From a virus (lineage: Duplodnaviria; Heunggongvirae; Uroviricota; Caudoviricetes), in IMG/VR virus record IMGVR_UViG_3300032220_000751: a stretch of 64,000 bases of DNA; one strand, 5' to 3'. The translations under genes were made by a program, and so were the position numbers. The notes under the pieces are model-generated. The model was given only the letters and a program-made list of their open reading frames with translations. It made no database searches and was not told the origin of the DNA. Positions 61,939 to 64,000 of this stretch are shown here, piece by piece; within the stretch, counting starts at the first letter, position 1, and each line of letters starts with the position of its first letter.

Positions 61939-62574
61939 TCAGCCGCCGTGTCCGTGCAACATCTCTCTCACAATCGATACCGTAGTAGCTACCTTGGGAA
62001 TCGTCGAAAGTGCAAAACGATATTTACCAATGATGGCAGCTTTACGTAACTGCATGTACCGATATTTGGCGATGACTTGCCGGATACGATCTTCTACTAA
62101 CTCATCTGACAATGCGTTAGCATCCTCGGCAGTTGCATTCGGCTTTTGTTCACATGCCAGCATCAGTCGGAAGGGAAGAACTTTACCCTGCTGCGCCTGA
62201 ACTGCTTGCTGATAGGTGAATTCGAATACTTCTTGATCGAATGGATTGAAGATCTTATTGGTTTCATTCAGACGATCTACTTCTTCCTGATGCAGCCGTG
62301 CGTATTTCAGATGCAATGCACTAGCAATCATCTCAGGTGTGATCGATTCCAGCTTAGGGCCAGAAGTCCAACCACGACCATCGAAATAGATATCACCCAA
62401 ACTAGCACGTTCCAAGGGAGGTGCAAAGGTCGAGTAATACTTAGGTAACTCCGCCAGTCGAGACTGAGTGATGGATTCAGTATAAATACCGATTCCCTCT
62501 TTCTCATTCAGGATCCTGTAGAGATGCAGAGTTACCATGTTGCTGTCTGATACTTCTGCTAATTGTGCTGACAT
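61939..62574 (-). CDS. Hypothetical protein, possibly tail fibre assembly
   Basis: 211 aa downstream of tail-type gene; Y...G.Y...P.....FDG..W pattern. Confidence 0.65.
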   Translation of the reverse strand: MSAQLAEVSDSNMVTLHLYRILNEKEGIGIYTESITQSRLAELPKYYSTFAPPLERASLGDIYFDGRGWTSGPKLESITPEMIASALHLKYARLHQEEVDRLNETNKIFNPFDQEVFEFTYQQAVQAQQGKVLPFRLMLACEQKPNATAEDANALSDELVEDRIRQVIAKYRYMQLRKAAIIGKYRFALSTIPKVATTVSIVREMLHGHGG

Positions 62575-62592
62575 GGTTTTCCTTAATGAAGA

Positions 62593-63852
62593 TTACGCGC
62601 CCTTAGGAACCCATGCATATGTCAAGAAACGCCCAGGTGGACATGTTTCAGAATTATATCCACCGTCACCGAAGTCATAGGACTGCCACATGTTAGAGTA
62701 GATCGTAATCGATCCACCCGCTGGCACCTTATAAAGACCCTGAATGGACTTGTTATCAGAATCCGAACTTTGGGTGTTATATGCCAAACTGATCAAAGAT
62801 CCATTGACATACGCTTCTTGACAGACGCCTTGATTACCTTGACCTGCCATGGTGTTAGAAACCACCACAGCTTTACTGTAGGGGTTAGTCCAACTCCACG
62901 ATGAACGAGGTGTAGGGTTATCAGGGACCGTTGGATCTGGTCTACCTGGTGTTCCGCTGAACAAGTAAACCCACTGTCCATCTGAACCAGCAGATAAACG
63001 CTTAATAGCGTCTGCTAACTTCGCTTGGAATTCAGCAGTCGTGTAAGCATTGATCTGGCCAGGTGTAACTCCGTGTGGGTTGCTCTTGTTGCTATCGTGC
63101 GCGAGCATGGTGCTGATGATGCTATTACCCCGATTGGTGAACTCGGTGTAAAGCGCTGACAGAATGGCGTCTGTTTCCTGTTTGGTGTAGACGTTAATCT
63201 GACCTGCATACAGTTGGTGAGGATTGTTAAAATCGGAAACGTGTTGTTGGAGTAAGAGCTTCAACGCGGCGTTATGATCTAACTGAGACTGATACTCTCG
63301 ATCCAAGTCGGCACGGATCTTGTCGTAAGTTGCTTGACGACCCTGAGCCATACCCGCCATCACCCCGTCAAGCTGACGAGTGATGTATTCCCAACCGTAC
63401 GTGTCATCAGTATCATGCTGGTGAGGTCCAGGGTTCAAGAACCAAGGACGTGCAACTAAATCTTCGTACTTCACTGGACGGTCATCTAAGTCCATCGCAT
63501 CTAAAGCTGCGAAGATGTTCTTGCGGTTGTTACTGTAACCACCACCTAAGGCTTGGTAGTCTAAGATGATGTTGTTCGACACTGTCGTGTTGTAGATCAC
63601 AATGGATGCACAGATCTCCTTACCATACTCCCGCGTAGGAATGGGATAGAGATCTGCTGGGGAGTAATCTACTCCCTTCTGGAGAACGTATCCAGTTGCA
63701 GCATCAGTGATCTTCAACGACTCTGTGAAGAAAGCCCCAAAGTCAGGCACAGCGGTCCGTACTTGACGATTGACCAATGTCTGTGCCTCGCCTACGATCT
63801 TATTACTGGAGGCTTTACCAGTACGATCGAGTGGTTTTCTGAAGTCAGCCAT
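62593..63852 (-). CDS. Tail/baseplate-associated structural protein
   Basis: H.SD.NNPH.L.A.Q.N.YT..E repeats; phiKZ-like tail paralog N-terminus (QT.V..R..VPDFGAFF.ESL). Confidence 0.7.
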   Translation of the reverse strand: MADFRKPLDRTGKASSNKIVGEAQTLVNRQVRTAVPDFGAFFTESLKITDAATGYVLQKGVDYSPADLYPIPTREYGKEICASIVIYNTTVSNNIILDYQALGGGYSNNRKNIFAALDAMDLDDRPVKYEDLVARPWFLNPGPHQHDTDDTYGWEYITRQLDGVMAGMAQGRQATYDKIRADLDREYQSQLDHNAALKLLLQQHVSDFNNPHQLYAGQINVYTKQETDAILSALYTEFTNRGNSIISTMLAHDSNKSNPHGVTPGQINAYTTAEFQAKLADAIKRLSAGSDGQWVYLFSGTPGRPDPTVPDNPTPRSSWSWTNPYSKAVVVSNTMAGQGNQGVCQEAYVNGSLISLAYNTQSSDSDNKSIQGLYKVPAGGSITIYSNMWQSYDFGDGGYNSETCPPGRFLTYAWVPKGA

Positions 63853-63863
63853 GAAGATCCTCG

Positions 63864-64000
63864 TTAAGCTGTCGGTACAAACCGCAGGCCATAGATGGTA
63901 CCAGAACCACCAGATGGAGTACCGGTATAGATCGTAATCGTTCCACGACCAGGGACCATGATGTAAGTCTGTACGGATTTAATCCAGTTGGTGTGTTGAT
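63864..64000 (-). CDS. C-terminal fragment of a tail-associated paralog (truncated by window edge)
   Basis: ...YIMVPGRGTITIYTGTPSGGSGTIYGLRFVPTA*, similar to VPAGGSITIY in the downstream gene. Confidence 0.6.
   Translation of the reverse strand, partial: QHTNWIKSVQTYIMVPGRGTITIYTGTPSGGSGTIYGLRFVPTA

Noticed and set aside
1-64000. Stop-codon reassignment
   Set aside because: Standard-code ORFs tile the window with normal overlaps, all three stops are used, and no suppressor tRNA is present

Overview
A 64-kb segment of a phiKZ-related (Chimalliviridae-like, probably nucleus-forming) jumbo phage genome. This call rests on a run of large core genes: SF2 helicase, DnaB, major capsid protein, a phage RNA polymerase beta-subunit half, probable portal, RuvC and two-component spanins. 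Several head proteins carry S/A/G-x-E prohead-protease motifs. The dCTP deaminase core looks proteobacterial, suggesting (by inference) a proteobacterial host. About 1-34 kb is a + strand accessory region of mostly small unknown genes plus NUDIX, DHH, Dcd, SpoU, two HslV-like Ntn hydrolases, a tandem RNAP alpha-CTD protein, an orphan HicB and a GIY-YIG endonuclease. The most unusual part is a ~2.5-kb ORF-free RNA island (7.6-10.1 kb) directly downstream of a codon-biased DIP1984/DUF6847-like helical protein gene. The island contains (i) an AAAG-repeat RNA with a degenerate tRNA(AAT) nested inside it, (ii) a pseudoknotted RNA, (iii) a tRNA-Leu(UAA) split by an ORF-less group I intron, (iv) a T-arm-first tRNA-like RNA, (v) a type I hammerhead ribozyme with a branched stem II, and (vi) further large multi-helix RNAs that I cannot assign to a known family. 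Other points of interest are an ADP-ribosyltransferase/SUKH gene pair sharing an N-terminal motif, a repeated ACATATCACTA promoter motif and a window-wide family of CATA-hairpin-TATG elements. All family assignments come from motif recognition by eye; no database searches were run.
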